From the NCBI GenBank assembly GCA_009926935.1, contig RFNZ01000007.1, forward strand, positions 14,200 to 78,199: a stretch of DNA of 64,000 bases, read 5' to 3'. Origin of the DNA: Pseudomonadota bacterium. GTDB lineage: Bacteria > Pseudomonadota > Alphaproteobacteria > Micavibrionales > UBA1664. Within the stretch, counting starts at the first letter, position 1. Each line of letters begins with the position of its first letter. Shown piece after piece: positions 21,539-30,134 of this stretch. The translations under genes were made by a program, and so were the position numbers. The notes beneath the pieces are model-generated. The model was not told the origin of the DNA, ran no database searches, and saw nothing but the letters and a program-made list of their open reading frames with translations.

Positions 21539-22867
21539 ATGTATCCTAGGCCGCCCTTTGAAGTGGGAAACAAGCCGCAAAACAGCGAAAATGCTGAGGT
21601 TATGGCCTATGGCGGGAATGCCGATTCTGCTGTCTCTTCTACTTACTCAGCCAAAGAAGCTCCGCTGAAGGTTCGCGGGATCAAGCCTGCAAACACCGAA
21701 TCACTCAAGAAACCGGTCAACAGATTCCCCCTTTCGGATACGTCCAAAGCCTTCCTGAAGAAGTTTTATCCCGATGCCACCGTTGCCGATTGGAATGATT
21801 GGAAGTGGCAGGTCCGTAACCGTATCCGCAAGGCCGATACGCTCGGCAAGATTTTAAATCTCTCGGAGGATGAGAAGGCGAGCATTGACCGCCGGACCAA
21901 CAACCTGCCGATTGCCATTACGCCTTATTACGCCTCACTTTTGTCTGTTGATGATCCAAAGCAGCCGCTGCGCATGACCCATGTGCCTGTAGGCGGCGAG
22001 TTTGTAAGAGGCAAGGGGGAGGATCCCGACCCGCTGGGCGAGGATCACGATATGTCCGTGCCGGGTCTTGTTCACCGTTATCCGGACCGTGTTCTGTTTT
22101 TAACGACTGGTTTTTGCTCGACCTACTGCCGGTATTGCACGCGTTCACGCATGGTGGGGGAGACCAATGGCGAATATAGCTTTTCCATTAGCCAATGGGA
22201 GAAAGCGATTGAATATATTGCGGCTAATCCGCAAATCAGGGATTGCCTGCTTTCGGGCGGCGATCCGCTTAGTATTGGTGACGACAAGCTGGAATGGCTG
22301 CTTTCGCGCCTTCGTGCCATCCCGCATCTGGAATTCATCCGTATCGGGACCAAGATCCCCATCGTTATGCCGCAGCGCATCACGAAAAACCTTACAAAGA
22401 TGCTGAAAAAGTATCACCCGCTATGGATGTCCGTGAATATCACGCACCCGGACGAAATCACGCCTGAAAGTCGTGAGGCTTTCGCCCGGTTGGCTGATGC
22501 CGGTATCCCGCTTGGTGGCCAGACCGTACTTTTGAAAGACATCAACGATAACGTTGCAACCATGAAGAGCCTTATGCATAAAATGCTGACGGCCCGTGTG
22601 AAGCCTTATTACCTGTATCAGTGTGATCCTGTCTCAGGTTCAGCTCACATGAGAACACCTGTTTCTAAAGGTCTTGAAATCATTGAAGGTTTACGCGGGC
22701 ATACAACCGGCTATGCCGTTCCTCAGCTGGTTATTGATGCGCCGGGCGGGGGTGGAAAAATTCCCATACTTCCAAATTATGTTGAGGGGCGTGACGGTGA
22801 TTTCCTTGTCCTTCGGAATTTCGAAGGCAATACCTACCGCTACCCCGATCCTTTAGGCAAAGGTTAG
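21539..22867 (+). CDS. kamA: Lysine 2,3-aminomutase (KamA/AblA-type radical SAM enzyme)
   Basis: Radical-SAM CSTYCRYCTR, plus DWNDWKWQVRNR, PGLVHRYPDRVLFL, LLSGGDPL, YHPLWM and DAPGGGGK, colinear with clostridial KamA as I recall it. It carries an extra N-terminal stretch of about 85 aa, so the start is uncertain. Confidence 0.85.
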   Translation: MYPRPPFEVGNKPQNSENAEVMAYGGNADSAVSSTYSAKEAPLKVRGIKPANTESLKKPVNRFPLSDTSKAFLKKFYPDATVADWNDWKWQVRNRIRKADTLGKILNLSEDEKASIDRRTNNLPIAITPYYASLLSVDDPKQPLRMTHVPVGGEFVRGKGEDPDPLGEDHDMSVPGLVHRYPDRVLFLTTGFCSTYCRYCTRSRMVGETNGEYSFSISQWEKAIEYIAANPQIRDCLLSGGDPLSIGDDKLEWLLSRLRAIPHLEFIRIGTKIPIVMPQRITKNLTKMLKKYHPLWMSVNITHPDEITPESREAFARLADAGIPLGGQTVLLKDINDNVATMKSLMHKMLTARVKPYYLYQCDPVSGSAHMRTPVSKGLEIIEGLRGHTTGYAVPQLVIDAPGGGGKIPILPNYVEGRDGDFLVLRNFEGNTYRYPDPLGKG

Positions 22868-22871
22868 AGCC

Positions 22872-23885
22872 GTGCATATCGGCCTTGTTTACGATCTCAT
22901 CGATGACTATCTGGCCGAAGGATACTCCGAGGAAGAGGCTGCGGAGTTCGATGTCCTTTTCACAATCGAGTCGATTGAGGCCGCGCTTAAAGCCAACGGC
23001 CATACTGTCGAGCGTGTGGGCGGTCTTAAAAAGCTGATTGCGGCGCTTGCCATAGGTAAACGCTGGGATATGGTTTTCAATATAGCTGAGGGTATGTATG
23101 GCCTAGGGCGCGAGGCCCAGGTTCCCGCCGTTCTTGACGCCTATTGCATCCCGTACACGTTTTCGCCCACGGATGTCATGGTTACGACCATGAACAAGGC
23201 TTTGACCAAAACCGTGGTCCGTGATGCCGGTATCCCGACACCGGATTTTGCCGTTGTTTCCTGTGCATCGGATGCCAAGGCGGTTAGGTTGCCCTATCCG
23301 CTTTTTGTCAAACCCGTTGCGGAGGGTACGAGCAAAGGCGTTTCCGAGAATTCGCGCGTTACCAATGGGGCAGAGCTTGCGGCCCGTGCGGCTGAAATCA
23401 ACAAGCAGTTTCGCCAGCCCGCCCTTGTAGAGACTTTTTTGCCTGGCCGGGAGTTTACTGTCGGGATACTGGGGTCAGGCAAGCGGGCCCGCGTGATTGG
23501 CGTCATGGAAATTACCTTTAAGGAAACGGGCGATCAGAGCTGCTATTCCTATCGCAATAAAATCGATGCGCATGAGGTCATGACCCTTGTCGATGACGAT
23601 GATTCAAAGCGGGCCGGTGAGATGGCTCTTCGGGCCTGGCGTGCCCTTGGTTGCTGCGATGCTGGGCGGGTGGATACGCGGCTTGATGCCAATGGCGTTC
23701 CCAACTTTATCGAGGCTAATCCTTTGGCCGGGCTCCGGCCTGAGTACTCCGAGCTTACGGTTCTGGCGTTGCAGGCTGGCCTTTCCTATGAGGCATTGAT
23801 CGGCGGTATTGTTGATGAGGCCGCCAAGCGCTACAAACATCTGTTGCCTAAAAAAGTACGCGCAGAAGACCGTTGCCCGGCCTAG
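22872..23885 (+). CDS. ATP-grasp ligase, D-alanine--D-alanine ligase-like (copy 1)
   Basis: GTG start giving (M)HIGLVYDL. Ddl-like features are PLFVKPVAEGTSKGV, REFTVGILG and GRVDTRLDANGVPNFIEANPLAGL. Confidence 0.75.
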   Translation: MHIGLVYDLIDDYLAEGYSEEEAAEFDVLFTIESIEAALKANGHTVERVGGLKKLIAALAIGKRWDMVFNIAEGMYGLGREAQVPAVLDAYCIPYTFSPTDVMVTTMNKALTKTVVRDAGIPTPDFAVVSCASDAKAVRLPYPLFVKPVAEGTSKGVSENSRVTNGAELAARAAEINKQFRQPALVETFLPGREFTVGILGSGKRARVIGVMEITFKETGDQSCYSYRNKIDAHEVMTLVDDDDSKRAGEMALRAWRALGCCDAGRVDTRLDANGVPNFIEANPLAGLRPEYSELTVLALQAGLSYEALIGGIVDEAAKRYKHLLPKKVRAEDRCPA

Positions 23886-23917
23886 GCCCAATGGTCATTT
23901 TATAAAGAAAGCAGAAC

Positions 23918-24904
23918 ATGGGACTGGTGATCGTATTGCATGACGGCAGCGTGGGTGATGCCAATACGCTGGAAACAGGTAATGCCGTTGCGCAGGCCGA
24001 GGAAAGCGCAGGTTTGCTGCGCGAGGCTGGTTTTGAAACGCGTATTATTGATTACAGCCAGAACGGCCAGCAGGCGCTGCTGCCTTTTAAGGGGCGGGGC
24101 GATGTCGTGATCCTTAATCTGGTCGAGTCGATTGACCGCCGTGATGATCTCGCCTGGCAATGCCCGCAGTGGCTTTTTGAAAATGGTTTTGCATTTACGG
24201 GTGCCTCGGCCAGTGCCTTGCGCCTTGGTGACAACAAGATCGTTGCCAAAAAACTGATGACCCAAAACGGCATCCCGACTGCACCTTGGCACGAGATAGA
24301 AGCATTGCCTGCTCTGGTCGCCACAGGAGAAAAGTGGATTTTGAAGGCCGCCTGCTTCCATGCCTCGCTTGGTATTGATGAGGAAAACGTCACCACAAGC
24401 TTTGCCGCGCTCCATGGCCTTGCAAAGAAGCGGAAGGATACATTTGGCGGTGACTGGTTTATAGAAAAATATATTGATGGCCGCGAGTTCAATATGGGGA
24501 TGATGGGGCGTTTTGGCGGTGAGCCCGACATCCTGCCTGCGGCCGAAATGGTGTTCGCCGACGAGGTTTATGCCGGGCGCGAGCAAAAAATCATCGGTTA
24601 CAAATCCAAATGGGATGAAAGTGCTCCTGAGTATAATGGGGCGAGCGCGCGTTATGCCTTTGATTCCGGTGATCAGGCGCTGCTTGCCAGTATTCAGGCC
24701 ATTTGCCGGCAGTGCTGGCAGGTGTTTGGGCTTGGGGGCTATGCGCGTGTGGATTTCAGGGTAGATCCTGAAGGGCGGCCTTATGTATTGGAGGTCAATA
24801 CCAATCCGTGCCTTGCCGTTGGTGCCGGGTTTATGAATGCCAATGCGCAGCGTGGGCTGACAGCTGTGCAGGTCATGGAAAAGCTGGTGTTACTTGCGAG
24901 ATAA
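23918..24904 (+). CDS. ATP-grasp ligase, D-alanine--D-alanine ligase-like (copy 2)
   Basis: REFNMGMMG and ARVDFRVDPEGRPYVLEVNTNPCL form the ATP-grasp Mg/ATP C-terminal motif. Distinct from copy 1. Confidence 0.75.
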   Translation: MGLVIVLHDGSVGDANTLETGNAVAQAEESAGLLREAGFETRIIDYSQNGQQALLPFKGRGDVVILNLVESIDRRDDLAWQCPQWLFENGFAFTGASASALRLGDNKIVAKKLMTQNGIPTAPWHEIEALPALVATGEKWILKAACFHASLGIDEENVTTSFAALHGLAKKRKDTFGGDWFIEKYIDGREFNMGMMGRFGGEPDILPAAEMVFADEVYAGREQKIIGYKSKWDESAPEYNGASARYAFDSGDQALLASIQAICRQCWQVFGLGGYARVDFRVDPEGRPYVLEVNTNPCLAVGAGFMNANAQRGLTAVQVMEKLVLLAR

Positions 24905-25408
24905 ATGGGTGTTGTGATGGCGGTAGATACAGAGAACCTTTTTCTTTCAGAAATTCCCCTGGATTCGGACGTGCAGGCAGTGATGTCGCTTGTGAGCAAG
25001 CTGAGCGTTTTTAGCGATACCGAGATTGCTGTTGCCGGTGACCTTGTTGCCGAGGCTATTTCAGGCGAGGAAGAGTATTTTTTTGTTTTCTATCGCACGC
25101 CGGATCGCCAGATTGCAGGGTATAGCTGCTATGGCACTATCCCACTTACCAAATCGGCCTACGACCTCTACTGGATTGCAATCGATCCGGCCTATCGCGG
25201 CATCGGCCTTGCCGACAAGATTATAAAACTGACGCATGAGCGTATCCGCCAAGGTAACGGTGATCAGGTTTACGCCGAGACATCATCGCTGCCCCAGTAC
25301 GAAGCCGCACGGAAATTTTACCTCAGGCAGGGCTATACCGAGATTGCGCGGTATAAAAACTTCTACAAACCGGGCGACGACAAACTGGTTTATCGAAAAG
25401 AACTATAG
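24905..25408 (+). CDS. GNAT-family N-acetyltransferase
   Basis: YWIAIDPAYRGIGLADKII (acetyl-CoA-binding R-x-x-G-x-G/A) and AARKFYLRQGY. The start abuts the stop of the preceding ATP-grasp gene. Confidence 0.7.
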   Translation: MGVVMAVDTENLFLSEIPLDSDVQAVMSLVSKLSVFSDTEIAVAGDLVAEAISGEEEYFFVFYRTPDRQIAGYSCYGTIPLTKSAYDLYWIAIDPAYRGIGLADKIIKLTHERIRQGNGDQVYAETSSLPQYEAARKFYLRQGYTEIARYKNFYKPGDDKLVYRKEL

Positions 25409-25519
25409 TTTTTCTTTTCATATATTTATTAACTTCAAAAAATCTGAAATTTTTTTTTATGACTCTCAAGAGGCAGAAATCTGACTCCTTGTTAACTTTT
25501 ATTATACATAATATGTTTA

Positions 25520-25630
25520 CTATTGTTAACATTATGTCTTGTCGCTACGCAGCTTAAGACCGCATTAAAGAATAGAGCTGTATCTTCTAGGCGCTGGTGT
25601 TGGAGCCAGTTATTTATTAGTTAACAATAG
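25520..25630. promoter_or_regulatory. Perfect 11-bp inverted repeat CTATTGTTAAC ... GTTAACAATAG in the AT-rich region upstream of the flagellin gene
   Basis: Arms lie at 25520-25530 and 25620-25630, 89 nt apart. The right arm ends 19 nt before the flagellin ATG. A third GTTAAC lies at 25491-25496. Confidence 0.35.
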
Positions 25631-25649
25631 GTTACTTGGGGAAGTTTAT

Positions 25650-27338
25650 ATGGTTAGCGAAGTCATCCTGGGCGCTGGGCTCAGGGCGAACCTGTTGTCG
25701 CTACAGCGGACGCAGGTCCAGATTGATCAGGTTCAAAATATTCTGTCTACGGGTCTTCGGGTCAACTCTGCCCTCGATAACCCGCAGAATTTTTTTCAGG
25801 CACAATCTCTACGTAGCTCATCCAATGATCTCTTACGCTTACTGGATGGGGTTGGGCAATCCATCCAAACAGTCAAGGCAGCTGATGCGGCCGTCGAAGC
25901 AATATCGTCTCTATTGAACCAGGCCGATTCGATTGTCGAATCAGCGCGCGAGGCCCTTGCGGCAGGGCAGTTACAGGCATCCATTACCGGTAACGTCAAT
26001 CTTGCGGGTAAATCGAGTCTCACCACTATCTCTGGCATCTCTAACACGGATGACGTGTATTTCGAGTATTACAACACGAGCGGTGTTCTTCAGACGGCCA
26101 GCATCGATATTGCTACGGGCGAGTCTACTGACGATTTTATTGCTGAAATTAAGGATATCGGCGGTGGGGGCTATTTTAATGCTGAATTGACATCCGAGGG
26201 CTTCCTCAAGATCACCGAAATCCGCGGTGGCAATTTTACCGTCAACTTTACCGCAGATAACAACGCCGCTGCCTCTAACGCGGCTGATACATCGCTGGCT
26301 TCAGCCCTTGGTTTTGGTAATCAAATCAACGCGACCACAAGAAACGGTGGTGCTGCCACCAACGCAAACGCTGAAATTACGGCTCTTGCCACAACAAAAC
26401 TGAAATCCGGCGCTTTTTATGAAACAGTCGCGGGCCAAGGTTTTGCAGAGGCATCAGACCTTTTGACAGGCGTTGCAGCAACAGATGGCGGCGCTGCAAG
26501 ATTTGCTGCTGCGGGCGCGCCAAACATCACTTTCCGGATTAACGGCACAACGACATCGGCCAATATTGCCGTGAGTGGCACGACCATTCAGGGACTTGTC
26601 GACGCCATTAATACCGATGTGAACGTGGGTAATTTGATTGATGCGAGCTACGATGCCACGACCGGTCAGTTGAGTATTTCAGCTATTGATTCGTCCGTAA
26701 AAACCATCACGGTCACTTCCACCAACACAGCGGCGGTTGCAAGCACGGTAGATTTTGATTTCGGTACGGATACGTCATTCCAGCCGGGTGCTGCGATTGG
26801 CGATGCCGAGGGTGAGACCTTCACGCTAGCGTCTGCTACGGCGACTCTCGGTAGCCTTGAAAGTGACTATAATTCGATATTGACGCAGATTGACAGCCTT
26901 GTAGAGGATGCCAAATTCCAAGGCGTCAACCTGCTTGAAAACGGCACGCTAAACACGTTTTTCAATAAAGAGCGAACCAACAAACTAACGACGCAGGGCG
27001 CCAATTTAAGCTCGTCCGGCCTTGGACTTACGGCGGCCAATTTTACGACAACGGTCAATATTGATGATGCATCAAGTAAAGTGGCAGCAGCAAAAACAAC
27101 GCTTCAGAATTTTGGAGCGTCTATCTCTAATTCACTCACGATCATCCAAACACGGGAAACGTTTATCAACGACCTTGTTGAAACAAACAACGAGGGCGCG
27201 GACAAACTCACCCTTGCGGACCAAAATGAAGAAGGTGCAAAACTGTTGGCGCTTCAGACCCGCCAGCAACTTGGTGTAACGGCGCTTTCGCTGGCTGCGC
27301 AAGGGCAGCAGTCTGTCTTGAGACTGTTTGCCAGCTAA
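25650..27338 (+). CDS. Flagellin-family protein (562 aa)
   Basis: N-terminal flagellin helix LSTGLRVNSALDNPQNFFQAQSLRS...VKAADAAVEAISSLLNQ and C-terminal helix LLALQTRQQLGVTALSLAAQGQQSVLRLF flank a Cys-free variable domain of about 350 aa rich in T, A, N and G. Confidence 0.8.
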   Translation: MVSEVILGAGLRANLLSLQRTQVQIDQVQNILSTGLRVNSALDNPQNFFQAQSLRSSSNDLLRLLDGVGQSIQTVKAADAAVEAISSLLNQADSIVESAREALAAGQLQASITGNVNLAGKSSLTTISGISNTDDVYFEYYNTSGVLQTASIDIATGESTDDFIAEIKDIGGGGYFNAELTSEGFLKITEIRGGNFTVNFTADNNAAASNAADTSLASALGFGNQINATTRNGGAATNANAEITALATTKLKSGAFYETVAGQGFAEASDLLTGVAATDGGAARFAAAGAPNITFRINGTTTSANIAVSGTTIQGLVDAINTDVNVGNLIDASYDATTGQLSISAIDSSVKTITVTSTNTAAVASTVDFDFGTDTSFQPGAAIGDAEGETFTLASATATLGSLESDYNSILTQIDSLVEDAKFQGVNLLENGTLNTFFNKERTNKLTTQGANLSSSGLGLTAANFTTTVNIDDASSKVAAAKTTLQNFGASISNSLTIIQTRETFINDLVETNNEGADKLTLADQNEEGAKLLALQTRQQLGVTALSLAAQGQQSVLRLFAS

Positions 27339-27378
27339 TTAACCGAAATTTCAAATTACCATGAGCTTTCCCAAGGTT

Positions 27379-27402
27379 GTAGGCGTGTGAAAACACGCCT
27401 AC
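27379..27402. terminator. Perfect 10-bp stem / GAAA-loop hairpin between convergent flagellin and agmatinase genes
   Basis: GTAGGCGTGT-GAAA-ACACGCCTAC, followed on the plus strand by TTCCTGTT. Its position fits a shared terminator, but there is no long T-tract. Confidence 0.55.
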
Positions 27403-27408
27403 TTCCTG

Positions 27409-28299
27409 TTAGCACTTGGGACGCAGACCCATAGAATACGACAGGATTTTGTAGACCAGTTTGGCCGCTAAAAAATCGCAGGCGTGAAGGCCCTTTTCGG
27501 GCGCAAGTTCTACCACATCGGCACCGACGACTTTGCATTTTTCGGTGGCTGCCTCCAGTACATCCATCACTTCATCCCAGAAAAGGCCGCCGGGTTCGGG
27601 CGTGCCGGTTGCCGGTATCAAGCTTGAATCAAAACCGTCTATATCGAATGTAATATAAACGCGGCCTGTGCCGACGGCTTTTGCGACATCGGCGGGCGTC
27701 CATTTCTTTTTGTCCTTGGCCCAGAAGATTTCGATCCGGTCTTTGTATTTTTCGAGGATTGGCAGTTCGGAGGCCGAGATGTTGCGGATGCCGACCGATA
27801 CAAGCCGCACGTTGGGGTTATCAAGGCAGCGGCACATGGCGGCGGCGTGGCTGTAATGTACGCCGTCATAGCCATCGCGCAAATCGGCATGGGCATCGAA
27901 TTGGAGGATGGTGAGCGGTTCGTTTACAAAGGGCCTGATGGCACCTGGGGTGAGCGAGTGCTCACCGCCCAAAACAAGCGGGAATTTACCGGCTTTCAAA
28001 ACATCGGCCACGATGCCTTGGAGTTGCGTTAAAGCATCCTCCAGTTTCTCTGCGATTTTTGGTTCTTTTAAGGTCGCGATGCCGTAGTGACGGAAGGCTT
28101 CTGTCCATAGAACCTCATCAAAAAACTCAAGGTTTGGGGAGGCATCGAGGATCGCCTGCGGGCCTTTTGCCGTGCCGCCGCTATAGGATACGCTTTTTTC
28201 GAGGCCAAAGGGGATCAGCACCGTTTTGCAGTTTTCGGGTGCAATCGCATCTTCTTGCGGGAGGTGCATAAAAGCTTTGTCGTGCGGCAGGTAATCCAT
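27409..28299 (-). CDS. speB: Agmatinase (arginase-fold ureohydrolase)
   Basis: Mn-ligand motifs LGGEHS, QFDAHADLRD and ITFDIDGFD. The ATG at 28299 (MDYLPHD) is favoured over the TTG at 28326. Confidence 0.85.
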   Translation of the reverse strand: MDYLPHDKAFMHLPQEDAIAPENCKTVLIPFGLEKSVSYSGGTAKGPQAILDASPNLEFFDEVLWTEAFRHYGIATLKEPKIAEKLEDALTQLQGIVADVLKAGKFPLVLGGEHSLTPGAIRPFVNEPLTILQFDAHADLRDGYDGVHYSHAAAMCRCLDNPNVRLVSVGIRNISASELPILEKYKDRIEIFWAKDKKKWTPADVAKAVGTGRVYITFDIDGFDSSLIPATGTPEPGGLFWDEVMDVLEAATEKCKVVGADVVELAPEKGLHACDFLAAKLVYKILSYSMGLRPKC

Positions 28300-28310
28300 A
28301 TGATGTTCCC

Positions 28311-28823
28311 ATGAAAATCGGTTCAAAATGCTTTACGTTGATTAGCGTAAATGACGACAATTTGGAAGAATATCTGGCACTTTTTGCGCTAATCTTTCCT
28401 GCGGACGACTATACGACGAATACCGTCATCGCCGAGCATTACGAGCGTTGGATTGTTAGCGATGCTGGCCAAGCCTTGGGCATTTGCGGTCTTTATGGGC
28501 TGCGGGGGCATCCGGGCGATGTCTGGTTGGATTGGTACGGTTTGGTGCCGGAGCGGCGTGAGCAAGGCTATGAGCAGCCCCTTTTGAACGAGATGATGGC
28601 GCGCGCGCGGGCACGTGGCGGGCGGCGCTTTTTGCTATGGACGACATGGCGCGAGCTTGAGGGCACTAGACTTGCGGCTTTTTACAAGGCAAACGGGTTC
28701 AAAAAAACCGCTTGGATGTTGCACTACAACGATTCATTCGTCTTTACCTTTGACAGGCTTTTGGGGGATGCGCAGGGGCATTGCCCTGTTATGCGCCTTC
28801 ATCCGGATGATTGGTTGCATTAA
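28311..28823 (+). CDS. GNAT-like acetyltransferase
   Basis: 170 aa. GLVPERREQGYEQPLL and RLAAFYKANGF resemble GNAT motifs A and B. Divergent from speB across an 11-bp gap. Confidence 0.55.
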   Translation: MKIGSKCFTLISVNDDNLEEYLALFALIFPADDYTTNTVIAEHYERWIVSDAGQALGICGLYGLRGHPGDVWLDWYGLVPERREQGYEQPLLNEMMARARARGGRRFLLWTTWRELEGTRLAAFYKANGFKKTAWMLHYNDSFVFTFDRLLGDAQGHCPVMRLHPDDWLH

Positions 28824-28824
28824 A

Positions 28825-28977
28825 TATGGCGTTCAGCCGCCACGCGCTCGCTCCGCTCGCCTTGGCTTCGCTCGCATTGGAGCAGTTTTTCACGGCAAAT
28901 AGGTTCCCTATTCGCCTAAACGGCTCCGGCTCGCGGGGGCGCTTGCGCCCCTTAAGTCCTATGGCGTTCAGCCGCCA
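28825..28977. repeat. 18-bp perfect direct repeat TATGGCGTTCAGCCGCCA bracketing a 117-bp GC-rich segment
   Basis: Copies lie at 28825-28842 and 28960-28977. The second copy contains the nspC stop codon. The segment between them holds GCTCGC-type low complexity and the hairpin GGGGCGC-TT-GCGCCCC (28936-28951). Confidence 0.8.
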
Positions 28978-30134
28978 ACGCGGCGCAAAAAGTCAGCGTA
29001 GCCGAAGGTTTGCACCACTTCATAACGGCCATCTTCGTGCAGTATGGCCATATCGGGCAGCGGGGTCCCGTTGAAGGTGGTGTCTTTCACGAAGCTATAT
29101 TGCATTTGGTCCGTGAAGATAATTTTATCGCCGGTTTTAAGGGGGGCTTTAAAGCCGTACGCGGTTGGAATAAAGTCGCCGGTCATGCAGGTTTTGCCGC
29201 CCATCAGGTAGTGGTGCGGATAGGTTTTATTGTTTAAGTCGCGTGTGGCACCCGCAATATCGGGGGTGAATTCAAAATTGGTTTCGATGACATCCGGCAT
29301 GTGGCAAGACACGGAGCTATCGAGGATGGCGATTTTCGTATCGCCGTTTTTGTGGATGTCGATGACCGACGTCACAAGGTAGCCTGCGTTGTAAACAAGT
29401 GTGCCGCCAGGTTCTAAAACCACTTCAACGCCGTATTTTTCACGGAAGGCTTTGATGCGGGTAATCATGGGTTCGATGTCGAAGCCTGCATCGTTGAAAA
29501 AGTGCCCGCCGCCAAGGTTTACGGCCTTTACCCGTTTTACGTACTGGCCGAAATTGGTATCGAGTGTGTCGAGCAAGCCTACGGTGCCTACATGTGTGCG
29601 GCTTTCGCATAGCACATGGGCGTGGAGGGTGTGGATGTGTTCCCATGGCAGGGCGTCCAGTTCGTCTTTTCGGGTGCCGAAACGGGAGCACGGGGCACAG
29701 GGGTTATACAAATCGCCGCCCACGGTGCTGACCGAGAATTCAGGGTTGATGCGGATGCCGATTTTTTTGTCCTTGATGCGCGGCAGAAAGCGGTCCAGCT
29801 GGGATGGAGAATTAAAATAGATGTGATCGGTTAGTTTGGCCAAGCCTTCCAATTCGGCATCTGTATAGGCGGGGGCGTAGACATGGATTTCTTTGCCGAA
29901 ATGGTCTGCGCCCATTTGGGCTTCATATAGGCCGCTGGCGGTTGTGCCGTCCAGATATTCGCGCATCATCGGGAAGAGGGCTGGGAAGGCAAATGCCTTA
30001 GTGGCCAGCAGCATTTTGCAGCCCGCGCGTTTTTTGATGTCGGCGGCGCGTTCAAGATTTTTACGGATAGCGCCCACGTCCGCTACATAGGCGGGCGTAC
30101 GCATTTTATTTAAGGGCAGTTTTGTCGCGTTCAC
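28968..30134 (-). CDS. nspC: Carboxynorspermidine/carboxyspermidine decarboxylase
   Basis: 388-aa PLP fold-type III protein (MRTPAYVADVGAIRKNL, NLGGGHFF). It lies immediately downstream of the saccharopine-dehydrogenase-like gene, the canonical pairing. Confidence 0.85.
   Translation of the reverse strand: MNATKLPLNKMRTPAYVADVGAIRKNLERAADIKKRAGCKMLLATKAFAFPALFPMMREYLDGTTASGLYEAQMGADHFGKEIHVYAPAYTDAELEGLAKLTDHIYFNSPSQLDRFLPRIKDKKIGIRINPEFSVSTVGGDLYNPCAPCSRFGTRKDELDALPWEHIHTLHAHVLCESRTHVGTVGLLDTLDTNFGQYVKRVKAVNLGGGHFFNDAGFDIEPMITRIKAFREKYGVEVVLEPGGTLVYNAGYLVTSVIDIHKNGDTKIAILDSSVSCHMPDVIETNFEFTPDIAGATRDLNNKTYPHHYLMGGKTCMTGDFIPTAYGFKAPLKTGDKIIFTDQMQYSFVKDTTFNGTPLPDMAILHEDGRYEVVQTFGYADFLRRVGG

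Noticed and set aside
25409-25649. Sigma-28 (TAAA-N15-GCCGATAA) or sigma-54 (TGGCAC-N5-TTGC) promoter for the flagellin gene.
   Set aside because: No acceptable match to either consensus was found by eye, so no promoter is reported.
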